A stretch of DNA of 64,000 bases from positions 11,533,775 through 11,597,774 of the forward strand of contig OZ316899.1 of the NCBI GenBank assembly GCA_973895155.1. Reading direction: 5' to 3'. The stretch comes from Marsupella aquatica (lineage: Eukaryota; Plantae; Marchantiophyta). A program made the position numbers and the translations under genes. The notes below the pieces were generated by a model that saw only the letters and a program-made list of their open reading frames with translations, ran no database searches and had not been told where the DNA came from. Positions 50,801-60,530 of this stretch are shown piece after piece (position 1 is the first letter of the stretch; every line of letters begins with the position of its first letter).

Positions 50801-53800
50801 TCCGCAATTGGAGGAAGTAAACCCCATCCCGAGACCAATCCCGGTCCCACCCATGTACGGAGGGGTTCGGTTAGCTGAGCTTGACGCGAGCTTGGACCCG
50901 AGTCTGCAAAACCAGGTTGAAGTCATCAGGAAGGAGCACTACCGGAAGTACACTATTGGGATGGACAAATCTTTTAACCTGGGCCACGCTCTGACGGGGA
51001 AGGCTGAAAAATCCATCCAAGCTTTGCTCAAGGAATATGAAGATGTGTTTGCATGGAGTCATCATGATTTAACAGGCGTCTCCCCCGAGTTGGGAGAACA
51101 CACAATCGATCTGAACCTAGGAGCCCATGCGGTACGACAGCGACAACGTCGCATGAATCCGAGGTACTCCATCTTAGTAAAGGAGGAAATTGATCATCTC
51201 CTCGCCGCCGATATCATTTACCCGGTAATGGCCAGCGACTGGGTCTCTCCCATTGTCATTGTACCAAAGAAGGGAGGTACGGATGGAAAACCTAAGATTC
51301 GTATCTGTCAGGACTACCGTAAGCTGAATGACGCAACCCGAAAAGACCATTACCCATTACCATTCACGGATATGGTTCTAGATATGGTGGCCCGAAATGA
51401 AATCTATACATTTCTTGACGGGTATTCAGGTTATAACCAAATCTGGATTCGTCTCGCGGATCAGCTCAAAACAACTTTCACTACGGAGTGGGGAACGTTC
51501 GCATTTCGGAGGATGCCTTTTGGTCTGTGTAACGCCCCGGCTATGTTTCAGCGCCTTATGATGAATATCTTCCACGATTTCCTACGGGAATTTTTGGAGA
51601 TATTTATCGATGACTTTGCCATCTTCGGAACCGTTGCCATGCACCCCGAACACCTACGACAAACGTTGCAACGATGCCGAGATGTTAACCTCAAACTACA
51701 TCCCGCCAAATGCTTCTTCGGGGTAGAGGAGGGGGTGTTACTCGGGCATCGTGTGTCCAAACGGGGCATTGAGGTGGACCAAGGGAAAGTTGCGGCCTGG
51801 ATGGCGGTGGTGTTCCCCTTGGATCAAAAAGCAGTACGATCCTTCTTGGGCTGCGTAGGGTATTACCGCCGGTTCATTAAAGACTTTGCTAAAATTGCGT
51901 TGCCCTTAACTGAGATGATGAAGAAGGACGCAGCGGTCGAGGAGACACCCCGAAGACGGATTGCTTTTGAGGAACTCCGTAAACGACTCACCACCGCGCC
52001 TATCATGGTCACCCCAGACTGGAATAAGGAGTTCCACGTGTATGTCGATGTGTCAGGGTTCTGTATCGGATCCGTACTTAGTCAGCTAGATGAGGATGGA
52101 TGATCACCCCATCTATTTCGCTAGCCGTCAACTATTTGCAGCCGAAAAGAATTATTCCCCCACTGATCGAGAAGCTTTGGGAATAATCTACTCGTGTAAA
52201 AAGTTCCGACACTATCTGCTAGGCTACAAGGTCATTTTCCACACGGATCATGATAGCCTGAAGTACATGGTCAACAAAGCGGATGTGATAGGACGGATAG
52301 CCCGGTGGGTGCTACTTCTCCAGGAATTTAATTACGAAGTTTGGGTTCGGCCAGGAAGGGTACACCTCAATGCCGATTTCTTTTCACGACTGGACGGCGT
52401 ACCAGTCGATCAGCCAATTGATGATATTTTTCCGGATGAGGAGTTGTTCCACGTGGGGGAAGGGACACCAATGTGGTACGGCTCAATAATCACCTTCCTT
52501 TTAACGGGCCGCATCCCTGACGGCATCAATCAGGAGGCCGCCGCTGTGTTTTTACGGAAAGCCGGGCCTTACGTCATGATACAGGGTCACCTACATAAGG
52601 AAGGTATTAACGGAAAGTTACGACGCTGCTTAGAGTATAAGGAGACACTTATCGTGATACGGGCCCTGCATGAAGAAGAAGCTGGAGGCCATTTCGCGGC
52701 AGTTACGACAGCCCGAAAGATTCTGGACTCGGGGTATTGGTGGCCTACGTTGCATCGGGATGTACAGCGCTTCATTAAGGGCTGTGACTTGTGTCAGCGA
52801 GCGGGGGCCCCGAGGCGGGCTCATCATCACCCGCTCACATCTGTGCTTCCATTGGCACCATTCGAAAAATGGGGAATTGATTATATCGGACCGTTCACTC
52901 CCGTTACCCGAAGGCGAAGGTGCAGGTACATCCTATTAGCTATTGATTACTCCACCAAATGGGTCGAAGCGCGGGCTACGGTAAAGGACGACGCCGCAAC
53001 CAGTGCCAGATTCTTATACGAACAGATTTTCACCCGATTCGGACCGCCCTTAGAATTGGTAAGCGACCGTGGAACCCACTTCCTCAATGACACCGTAGCC
53101 CAGCTTACGGAGCGTTACCTAGTCAAGCACCGCAAGACTACCCCATATCATCCTAAAGCCAACGGGATGGCGGAGAGAGCAAATGGTATAATTGGGAAGA
53201 TCCTCAACAAAACTGTAGCTGCGCACAAAACGGATTGGGATGATAAGTTGTACGCGGCGGTGTACTCGTATAATCTAGCTTACAAAACTACTACGAGTCA
53301 CAGCCCGTACTTTCTGGTGTTCGGCCAACATTCGTTGGTGCCCGTCGAATTTGAAGTGCACACTCCACGGGTCAGCATTCGGGATCGCTTACCTGAATCT
53401 GAAAGTCTGTCAGACCGAGCTTATCAGATTGAAGCCTTGGAAGAAGCACGGCTACTGGCAGCTCGACACACCGTGAAGAAACAGGCAACTTCGAAGAAGC
53501 AGCACGACAAAGGACTACGGAGGGTCGACATCGTGGCAGGCGATCTAGTCCTTCTGTACGATAGTAGGTACATGCAGTTTCCAGGGAAGCTGCATACCCG
53601 GTGGTTGGGGCCCTTCCTTGTCAATCAGATCTACCGAAACGGATCTTTGGAGCTTGCGACGTATGCCGGCGATTTACTCCCCACGCGAATCAGCTACGAT
53701 CGTGTAAAAAAGTACCACCATCAAGATGACGACGTCGATAGCGATGTTTGCGAGGACGCTTCACAATTAAGCAGGGAGCTATGTGACAAAGGCTATGTCA

Positions 53801-53808
53801 CGTCGTAG
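47820..53808 (+). pseudogene. Gag-Pol polyprotein of element C (three CCHC knuckles, PR, RT, RH, INT) with one frameshift near 52095
   Basis: ORF 47820-52103 has VDGGAGVN and FIDDF; ORF 52090-53808 has GIDYIGP, SDRGTHF and WLGPF. The break falls where element A reads LDEKGRDHPIYF, consistent with a 2-bp loss. Confidence 0.93.
53765..53781 (+). promoter_or_regulatory. Polypurine tract of element C
   Basis: AATTAAGCAGGGAGCTA before TGTGAC; matches the PPT of element A. Confidence 0.85.
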
Positions 53809-56800
53809 GCTTCGGCCTTAACTCAGACTTCAGCTTAGACGGGCACATCCCTCCTAAATCTGAGGGTTCGGGCAGGAAGGGAAGCACGTAATGCACCTTA
53901 TTCTCGTAAACTAGCGCTAAGTGCGCATACTGCTAAATACGAACACCTCCTAGGTATGGTTTGTGTTCCGCCGCCGGAACGTACCTTAGTCGATAGCAGG
54001 ATCGACCCCGGCTTAAGGGCTTCTAAGCCTTCGTGCTGTCCGCCTTCGATCCGGATTCGATGATACAGGTCCTCAACCCATGCTCGCAACCACTTACCCG
54101 CAGGCTGCACCCTGTGCACGTCTCGGGTAGTGTGTTCGGCCTGGCGCTGCCACCCATATACGAGAAACCCACACACATATGCGCACACATGCATACAATC
54201 TCGATTTACACGAAGGAAAATGGTGGGAAAGGATTTTACTACAAAGGGAACATATGCGTACACTTAGTTGACACGGCAGCCCTGGAATGCACAGGTTCAA
54301 GGCCGAGGGTGCACACTACAACGGAGCCTGGCTCCGCACTCGCCCGGCGAGCTTAGTCCTACCCCCTCCCCTTGGTACTCTGTCATTCCCAGAGGTCGGG
54401 ACTCCCCGCATGTCCCGTGGATGTCCGACTCTGAAACTAAAAACCCCCCTGCCTCTACCGAGGGGTGCACTAAATACTAAGAGCCGAGGAACGGGGTGTC
54501 CTCTCGCCGAAGATTCGCTGACTAAGGTCCTAACTAAGCTGACAGTCAGGCCGGAAAACGGCTGTGTCTTATTAGAAGATCCTAATTTACGCAGGCTAGA
54601 CAGCAGGACAGCGCTGCTGTACCTAAGGCAGGTGCTTGTCCCAAGAGCCTGACTAAGCCAATCCTAATCCTAATCTATTCCTACTCCGCCGCTAATGCCT
54701 GGCACGCTTGCCAGAGCCGCCCGAATGGGAACGGCCATCCCGCTGCCTTCGAAGCCTGTCATTGTCCGCCTTGAGGAGCTGGACCTGGTCCAGCAGAGAT
54801 TCGTTCTCTCGCCTTGCCGCGTCCGTCTCCTCTACTGCCTCCTGACATGCCTCCTCCAGCTGCTGGGCGTCGCTCGTCAGTTTACTCGCCAGCTGGTCCT
54901 GCTTCTCGGCCTCGGTTTGGAGCCGTGCCATCTCGGCCTGCAGCGTGGCTATCTCCGTCGCGTCCCGCTGGGCTCGCTCCTCGGCCTCCTCCAGGTCTTT
55001 CTGCCAGGTGACAGCTTGTTTCTTCAAACTGTCAATCTGGTTCCGGAGTCGTGTAATCTCGGCCTCGTTCCCAGCTTTGGCCTGTTCGGCTAGGGCGGTA
55101 AGAGCGTACGCCTTTGCTAACAACTCATCGGCGGCTGCAACCTTGGGTCGTAGTTGCAGAAGCTCAGCCTCTTGAGCCGCCACTTCGTTCTTTAGGTACA
55201 CGGACTCCACCCGGTACCGCTCTATCCTCTGAAGGGCCTCCGACTGGGCCCGACCTGCCTTTACGGCGGCAACCAACTCCTGATTGAAGAAACAGGCTAC
55301 CTTCCGGGCCATGAACTCCCCGGTATCTTGGGCAATTTGATGAGAGAAATCTCCCAGAAGCCCGTTCAGAAACGTACCCTGTACGAAGAGTTCCGGGTGG
55401 TCCAAGTTGTGCCTGTCCGGATTTGGGCACGGGCAGACATCAACACGCGCAGGGGCCGGGGCAGTGACGTCCAGCCCTGGGGACATAACGTTGGAAGGGG
55501 CTGGAGTGTCCTCCTGCAGCGATGTCCGGTTCTCCGGAATTGCCACCGGCGGGTCCTTGGGAGACCCGGGTTCGGGTAAGACCTCTGCCGTACCAACTTC
55601 TGTACTTAGCCCGGCTAGTTGGGTCGCATCAACGGTTGCGACGACCGACCCCTCCGGCGCCTCCTCGGTTACGATTACAACTATTTGTGGAGGTGGGGTG
55701 GGTGAAGCTGGCGTGTCCACTGGACTTCGGGCCTCGGGTTGGGGCCGTCTCTCCAATGCCGGAAAAACCCACCTAGCTGGGACCAGCTTTGTAACGTTGA
55801 TGCGGGGAAGGGTTCGTCGATCAAACCGGGCGTACCACTCAAGAATGATTTCGATGTGGCTAGCGAAATACGCCTTCCCGCCAATGTACAACGTCTTCCT
55901 TCGCCGCTCCATCTCTTCATGGAATTTCTTAGCGAAGTACGACGCCCATTTCCTAGGTCGATAGTTCTCGACCTGGATAACCTGGGCGGCGGAGATCTCC
56001 CCCCGGGGTTCCATCATGTGGAGAGCGTACCTCTGGAACTCCAGCCGCTCAGCTATCTCGGGCATGAGGCAGGTCCTCATCACGAACCCATTGTCTACTG
56101 ATCCCTCTGAGGGAAAACTTGAAGATTGGTACTTGGCCCCCTTGCCCCCGGGAGCCCGTGATTCGACTCGATGGTCACCTTCGGGTAACCCGAAGATCAT
56201 CTTGAGCCGTCCTTGTGTGAGGGACATATTCCTTCCCCGCAGCCGAGTCTGTTGACGTACGTCGTCATAATTCTTGACGAATTCTGTCATGTCCTCCCCG
56301 TAGTACCTGCAAGTGTTCCAGGGGAGAGAGGCGAGGTGCTCAAATCCCTGAGTCTTCAGGTACACCACATGCTTGGGATGGAGGATGTTGCTGTGAACGT
56401 TTTCCCCCATGCGATGCATCGTCACCTTGGCTACGGCTACCGTGGCCAACGGTAACCCAGATGCAGTGGCGGATTCCTTCCTCTTCTTTCCCCGTGACTG
56501 ACTCGGGGAAGGTGATACTTCCCCATCCTCCCGATCGGGCCTGGGGAGTGCCACTGCGGTTGGTAACGGGCCCGGGGCGGCCACGATCACTATGTTGTCT
56601 GCTGGGGCCGCTCCTGGGGTCAGAGCAGGGGGTGGGGATGATATAGTGTCGGCCCTCCGAGCGCTTGTTCCTCTGGGCCGCCTGGTCAAGGGTGGGGTAG
56701 CCTCGTCGTCATCGCTAAGATCCACAGCGTTGATGACGGAGCGTACCTGTGCTGGCTGGGTGATAGGTGGTGGGGTTTGGCTAGGCTGCGGCTGAGGCTG

Positions 56801-57812
56801 AAGCTGAAGCTGAGGTTGAGGCTGAAGCTGAGGTTGCATGGGCACGGGTACGGGTACGGGCCCGGCTGAGTTGGTCATGTTGGTTGATGGCCGAGTTCCC
56901 ATGAAGCTCTGCAAGTGCTGGTAGAAGTTCTCCGAAGCGAGTGCGGACGCCCTTGTCGAATGGTTGGTACTGGACTCGCCGTTAATGACAGCCCGAACCT
57001 GGGCAGGGATGTGGTCGAAGTGATGTCGCTGCAGGTCGATTGTACCCGGGATATTGAAGACCTCGTCCGGAAGCCGAAGCAATGCTTCCCAGAACCCGAT
57101 ATATTTGTCTCCGTTGAAGAAGTACCCAGATACCTCAGCTGGTCGGTAAAGCTCGCTCTGAGACGGGTAGTCAAAGTTAAGGACGTAGTGGTGTCGTCCT
57201 GCTAGGCGGATGGCTCTCTCGTATTCGCGTTCGATCTCGTATCGGCGCGGGTTGGCGTGTTTCAATGAATCGGCCAAGTGCCTTCCGGTAGATAGGAACT
57301 GCGTCCAGAATCGAATGGCCGAGCTGGAGAGGATCGTGTGCGACATTCAGAGGAGATAGTAGTGGCGACCTAGAGAGAACGAGAGAGCTGGGGTCGAAGC
57401 TGGCGCGCGGACTGATGGACTGGTGCACTACAAAGGGTTGGCTCCCCTTTTATACTTTGAGGGCTTGTCGATCCCCGACATCTCCTCGACGCCCATAGGT
57501 TGAACCGCTCACGCTTGTGGTGTACCGGCCACTCCGCCGGTCTGAGTCAGCGTGCGTCAGTGGCCGCTTCCTTAAGTTCGTTATACGGACCCGAGGGAGG
57601 GGCCCCTCCACGCTCGTAACCCGGGTGTGCGAATAGCGACCTGCCGCCAGCCCGAACCTGAAGTCCCCCTTATTGCCTAATGATGTCCTACCCCTAATGA
57701 TTACCTAAATACTGTCGTTATGCTAATAATAGCGGCCTAAGACCCACCTAACGCGCGTGCCGAGCGCAGTTAGACTGAATCACTCATTAACCGCCGTACC
57801 GGCGGCGTCACA
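53782..57812 (-). repeat. Right arm (inverted LTR, 4031 bp) of element C
   Basis: A complete LTR TGTGACGCC...CTTTGTCACA on the minus strand, starting exactly at the PPT. Confidence 0.93.
54692..57346 (-). CDS. LTR-encoded 884-aa protein of family C (full length)
   Basis: Open ORF mirroring 44420-46798, with the whole coiled coil present. Confidence 0.82.
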   Translation of the reverse strand: MSHTILSSSAIRFWTQFLSTGRHLADSLKHANPRRYEIEREYERAIRLAGRHHYVLNFDYPSQSELYRPAEVSGYFFNGDKYIGFWEALLRLPDEVFNIPGTIDLQRHHFDHIPAQVRAVINGESSTNHSTRASALASENFYQHLQSFMGTRPSTNMTNSAGPVPVPVPMQPQLQPQPQLQLQPQPQPSQTPPPITQPAQVRSVINAVDLSDDDEATPPLTRRPRGTSARRADTISSPPPALTPGAAPADNIVIVAAPGPLPTAVALPRPDREDGEVSPSPSQSRGKKRKESATASGLPLATVAVAKVTMHRMGENVHSNILHPKHVVYLKTQGFEHLASLPWNTCRYYGEDMTEFVKNYDDVRQQTRLRGRNMSLTQGRLKMIFGLPEGDHRVESRAPGGKGAKYQSSSFPSEGSVDNGFVMRTCLMPEIAERLEFQRYALHMMEPRGEISAAQVIQVENYRPRKWASYFAKKFHEEMERRRKTLYIGGKAYFASHIEIILEWYARFDRRTLPRINVTKLVPARWVFPALERRPQPEARSPVDTPASPTPPPQIVVIVTEEAPEGSVVATVDATQLAGLSTEVGTAEVLPEPGSPKDPPVAIPENRTSLQEDTPAPSNVMSPGLDVTAPAPARVDVCPCPNPDRHNLDHPELFVQGTFLNGLLGDFSHQIAQDTGEFMARKVACFFNQELVAAVKAGRAQSEALQRIERYRVESVYLKNEVAAQEAELLQLRPKVAAADELLAKAYALTALAEQAKAGNEAEITRLRNQIDSLKKQAVTWQKDLEEAEERAQRDATEIATLQAEMARLQTEAEKQDQLASKLTSDAQQLEEACQEAVEETDAARRENESLLDQVQLLKADNDRLRRQRDGRSHSGGSGKRARH

Positions 57813-58499
57813 GTACTTAACATATCAAACCTCTAAACAATAGTTTTTAACTCAAAACCTTGTCGGGAAAACTACTTACCTGTTTCTTTTGGGGCTGCTT
57901 TGCAATGTATTCATCGTCATAACCCCCATCCTCATCCATTTCCTCTAGAAAATACTCATCATCTGCATCTTCTTGTCTAGTGTCTGTACCCACCTGTGCA
58001 GCATCCATGTCATCTCCACATTCTGCCATTGTAGGTACGACCTTCTTGCTCAACCTTTCACTCCAACGCACAGGCCCAGAGATAGTGCTGGTCACCCTTC
58101 TTGCGTACTCCTTTTGTTTCTTTGAAAGTTTTGTGGCTCTACGACATTCCAATATGAGAATACAGTCACAATTTTAGTGCCACATTGAACTATTCATGTC
58201 ACACAAACTCAGCGGAGGGGTGTGGTTGAGAATCGTTCCCTTACAATTCAGCCACATCCTTTTTCAGTTCCAGTTATGCAATTTTGGCTTTCACGTATGC
58301 TCGTTGTTCCATAGCTTTCCTTTCATACTCACACATCTCTGTGTCACTCTGTTCCACCCTACTGGACCACAAAAACATGTCATCTATGGTCACCCCGTAT
58401 AACACAATGCAACCACAATCACTAGGCATCCATCCATACATTTGTGTTGCTTCAGAATTACTTTATTACACATCCTTCCCCTCACTAATGTCCATGCAA

Positions 58500-58835
58500 A
58501 CAATTCACATTACTCATGGCACAGGCACACTGTTGGCACTCTGAATTTGCCTCCTTTAGCAAATGCATCTACCCTTGTCACAGGAATGAAGTCCCCGCTA
58601 TCATGAACTATAGGCACTTGGTCTGAACGCCGATGATCAAAGGCACTATGAGAGTGTAAATGAAACTCAAGGTTTGATCCTTCCATCCGACGTTGCCTGG
58701 CTTGTTTATGACACACTACACACCAATTTGGGGAGTCTTCCACATCCAGGAAGAAAGCTTGCTCCACCTGACTGGAAAACACAAATGGCTCAGACCATTC
58801 GGGGAATTTCCCTCTGAAAGTGGCCAGCAAGAAAT
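58500..58835 (-). pseudogene. C-terminus of the CACTA2 Tnp2 transposase
   Basis: FLLATFRGKFPEWSEPFVFSSQVEQAFF matches CACTA1 FLLANFRSRVPEWSEPFVFPSQVEQAFF. Confidence 0.85.
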
Positions 58836-60530
58836 TGTGGTGCGTCCCATGGCTCCCTAAACCCAAGAAACCCCCCTGCACAAGCCGATTCCCGCAGGTT
58901 TTGCTCTCGACGAGGCCGGTTTTGCGGCTTAGCGGCATGGGACGCTGCTAACTCTCTTCCACTAACATTTTACACACATATACTGGACAGATCCTTCATC
59001 GGGTCATGAGATACTAGCCGGCCTATTCTATGCCTTCCCTTGTCTTCCTCTCCTTATCTTTAGGTATGTTTGGATTCTGCCGCCGGAATGATCCCCAACT
59101 GGCTTGGGTAAGCCGCCAAGACCTCTCTCAGCTTGACACATCCAACTCTTACTACCTTGCTTACTCCCTTCTCTTGGTTGATGTGGGCAATCTTCAAACA
59201 AGTTAATGCGACACAAATAGCAAAATGACTCCTTCTGACTGAATTATACCATGCACTTGCCATACAAACAGTACTTCTCATACACAAGGTCTGCGAACTA
59301 AGCCGTGAGGCCAACTCTATTCAGCTCTTAGGCATGAGGAAACATGAATATACACAAGGGTCACTTTATAACTAACCGAGAGCTTCTTTTACTACTTGAT
59401 CCCAGCCCTACTGGTGCACTAAAAACTTGCTAAAGAAGAAGGCCCTGAACTCCCTGTTGCCCAGGTACTTATCCTGGCAGTGGATCCGCCTAATTCCTTG
59501 CAGCATAAGCCTAATCTATCCTAACTATAATCTACCTATGTACAGCAAGGCAGGAGCTCAAGTGTTGCTCTTACCAGTGGATCCGCAATCCCACTAATCT
59601 AAATGTTAGGGCCGCCTCTTGGTCCTTATCCTAATTCTAAACTTGGAGATCTGAGCCCGCCTTGCCCACTCATGCCTCCTCCCTCCACGTCTGCCCTCCT
59701 TAAAAGGAGTGGCCCTCCACCACCATCATGGTAGCGGTGGCTGATCCTCAATGGACGCCCCCAATGCTTCCTCCGCAACCACTGCCGTGGGTCCGTCCTC
59801 TGACAGATTACCTACCCCAGACCCAATCAACTCACCCGCGGCCTGACCGGGTCCACCCTCGGCTTCGGCCTCAGCATCGGCCACGGCCTCTAATACGGCT
59901 ACGGCCTCCCTGACATGCTCTAGTGGTGGATCCAGTACCCCGGCTTCATCACTGAGTGTCTTGTCCTCGGCTTTGCCATCCCCACCTTCTAGGGCAGTTG
60001 GATCCTCTGCCGTGACCTTGCCTGCGGTTGGTGCCGGGTTTACCTCCTTGGTCACGACGGCTTGAGAAGCCGCATTACTCCCTGATCTAGAAGGTTTCCG
60101 CTTCTTCTTCTTCCCTGGTTCGGCAGCTGGTCCCTTCCCCTTGCCACTTAATTCCGACACTAGTGCGAGTGTTGCGGCTTGTCCCTCGGCCAGTACTACT
60201 CCTGGCAACTTGGGTGCCCCAATTGGAGTTGGACTTGATGAAGCCAAGCACTTAAATACTACGGCTTGTTTCTTTAGCCGCTCCGTTTGGTTGTCGGCTC
60301 GCCGCTGTAAGTTCTTCATCTTCCTTGTGCTTTCCTCCAACTCCTCTTGCACTTCATCCAGGTCCTTACACGCCTCCTCCAGCTCCTTTTGGGCTTCCTC
60401 CAACTCTTTTTGGGCTTCCTCCAACTCCTTCTTTAAGGTAGCCCTCTCCTCCTGGGTTGCTCTTAGCTCCTTGTCAAGCTCCATTACAACCTCAAACTCC
60501 ATTTTATTCATCTTGGCATAAGTCTGAGCT
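58836..60530 (-). mobile_element. Fragment (3' 1.7 kb) of another long-form family A LTR (A''), including the end of the LTR ORF (59726-60526)
   Basis: Starts TGTGGTGCGTCCC; colinear with 31890-33581; encodes QTYAKMNKME...ASIEDQPP. Confidence 0.9.

Larger units (their letters stand above)
43954..57812 (+). mobile_element. Ty3/Gypsy element C with INVERTED, ORF-containing LTRs
   Basis: Termini TGTGACGCCGCC...GGCGGCGTCACA; TSD GTACT at 43949-43953 and 57813-57817; PBS, gag-PR-RT-RH-INT and PPT lie between the arms. Confidence 0.93.
39978..58835 (-). mobile_element. CACTA transposon 2 (3' part), interrupted by element C and by a family A LTR; the other end is not visible
   Basis: CACTAGAAGAA at 39978; TGTGAC/GTCAC subterminal repeats at 40010-40335; homologues of the CACTA1 genes in the same order. 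Confidence 0.85.

Noticed and set aside
52085-52105. Programmed ribosomal frameshift in pol of element C
   Set aside because: The break is inside RNase H, element A is continuous there, and no slippery heptamer is evident. A small deletion or sequencing error is more likely.
43954-57812. Element C as a DIRS or Polinton-type element because of its inverted repeats
   Set aside because: It has a DDE integrase after RT-RH, a protease, a tRNA PBS, a PPT and a 5-bp TSD. No tyrosine recombinase or DNA polymerase B motifs are visible.
53782-57812. Right arm as an independent solo LTR inserted in reverse
   Set aside because: Its own flanks (AGCTA and GTACT) do not match. It starts exactly at the PPT and shares its TSD with the left arm.
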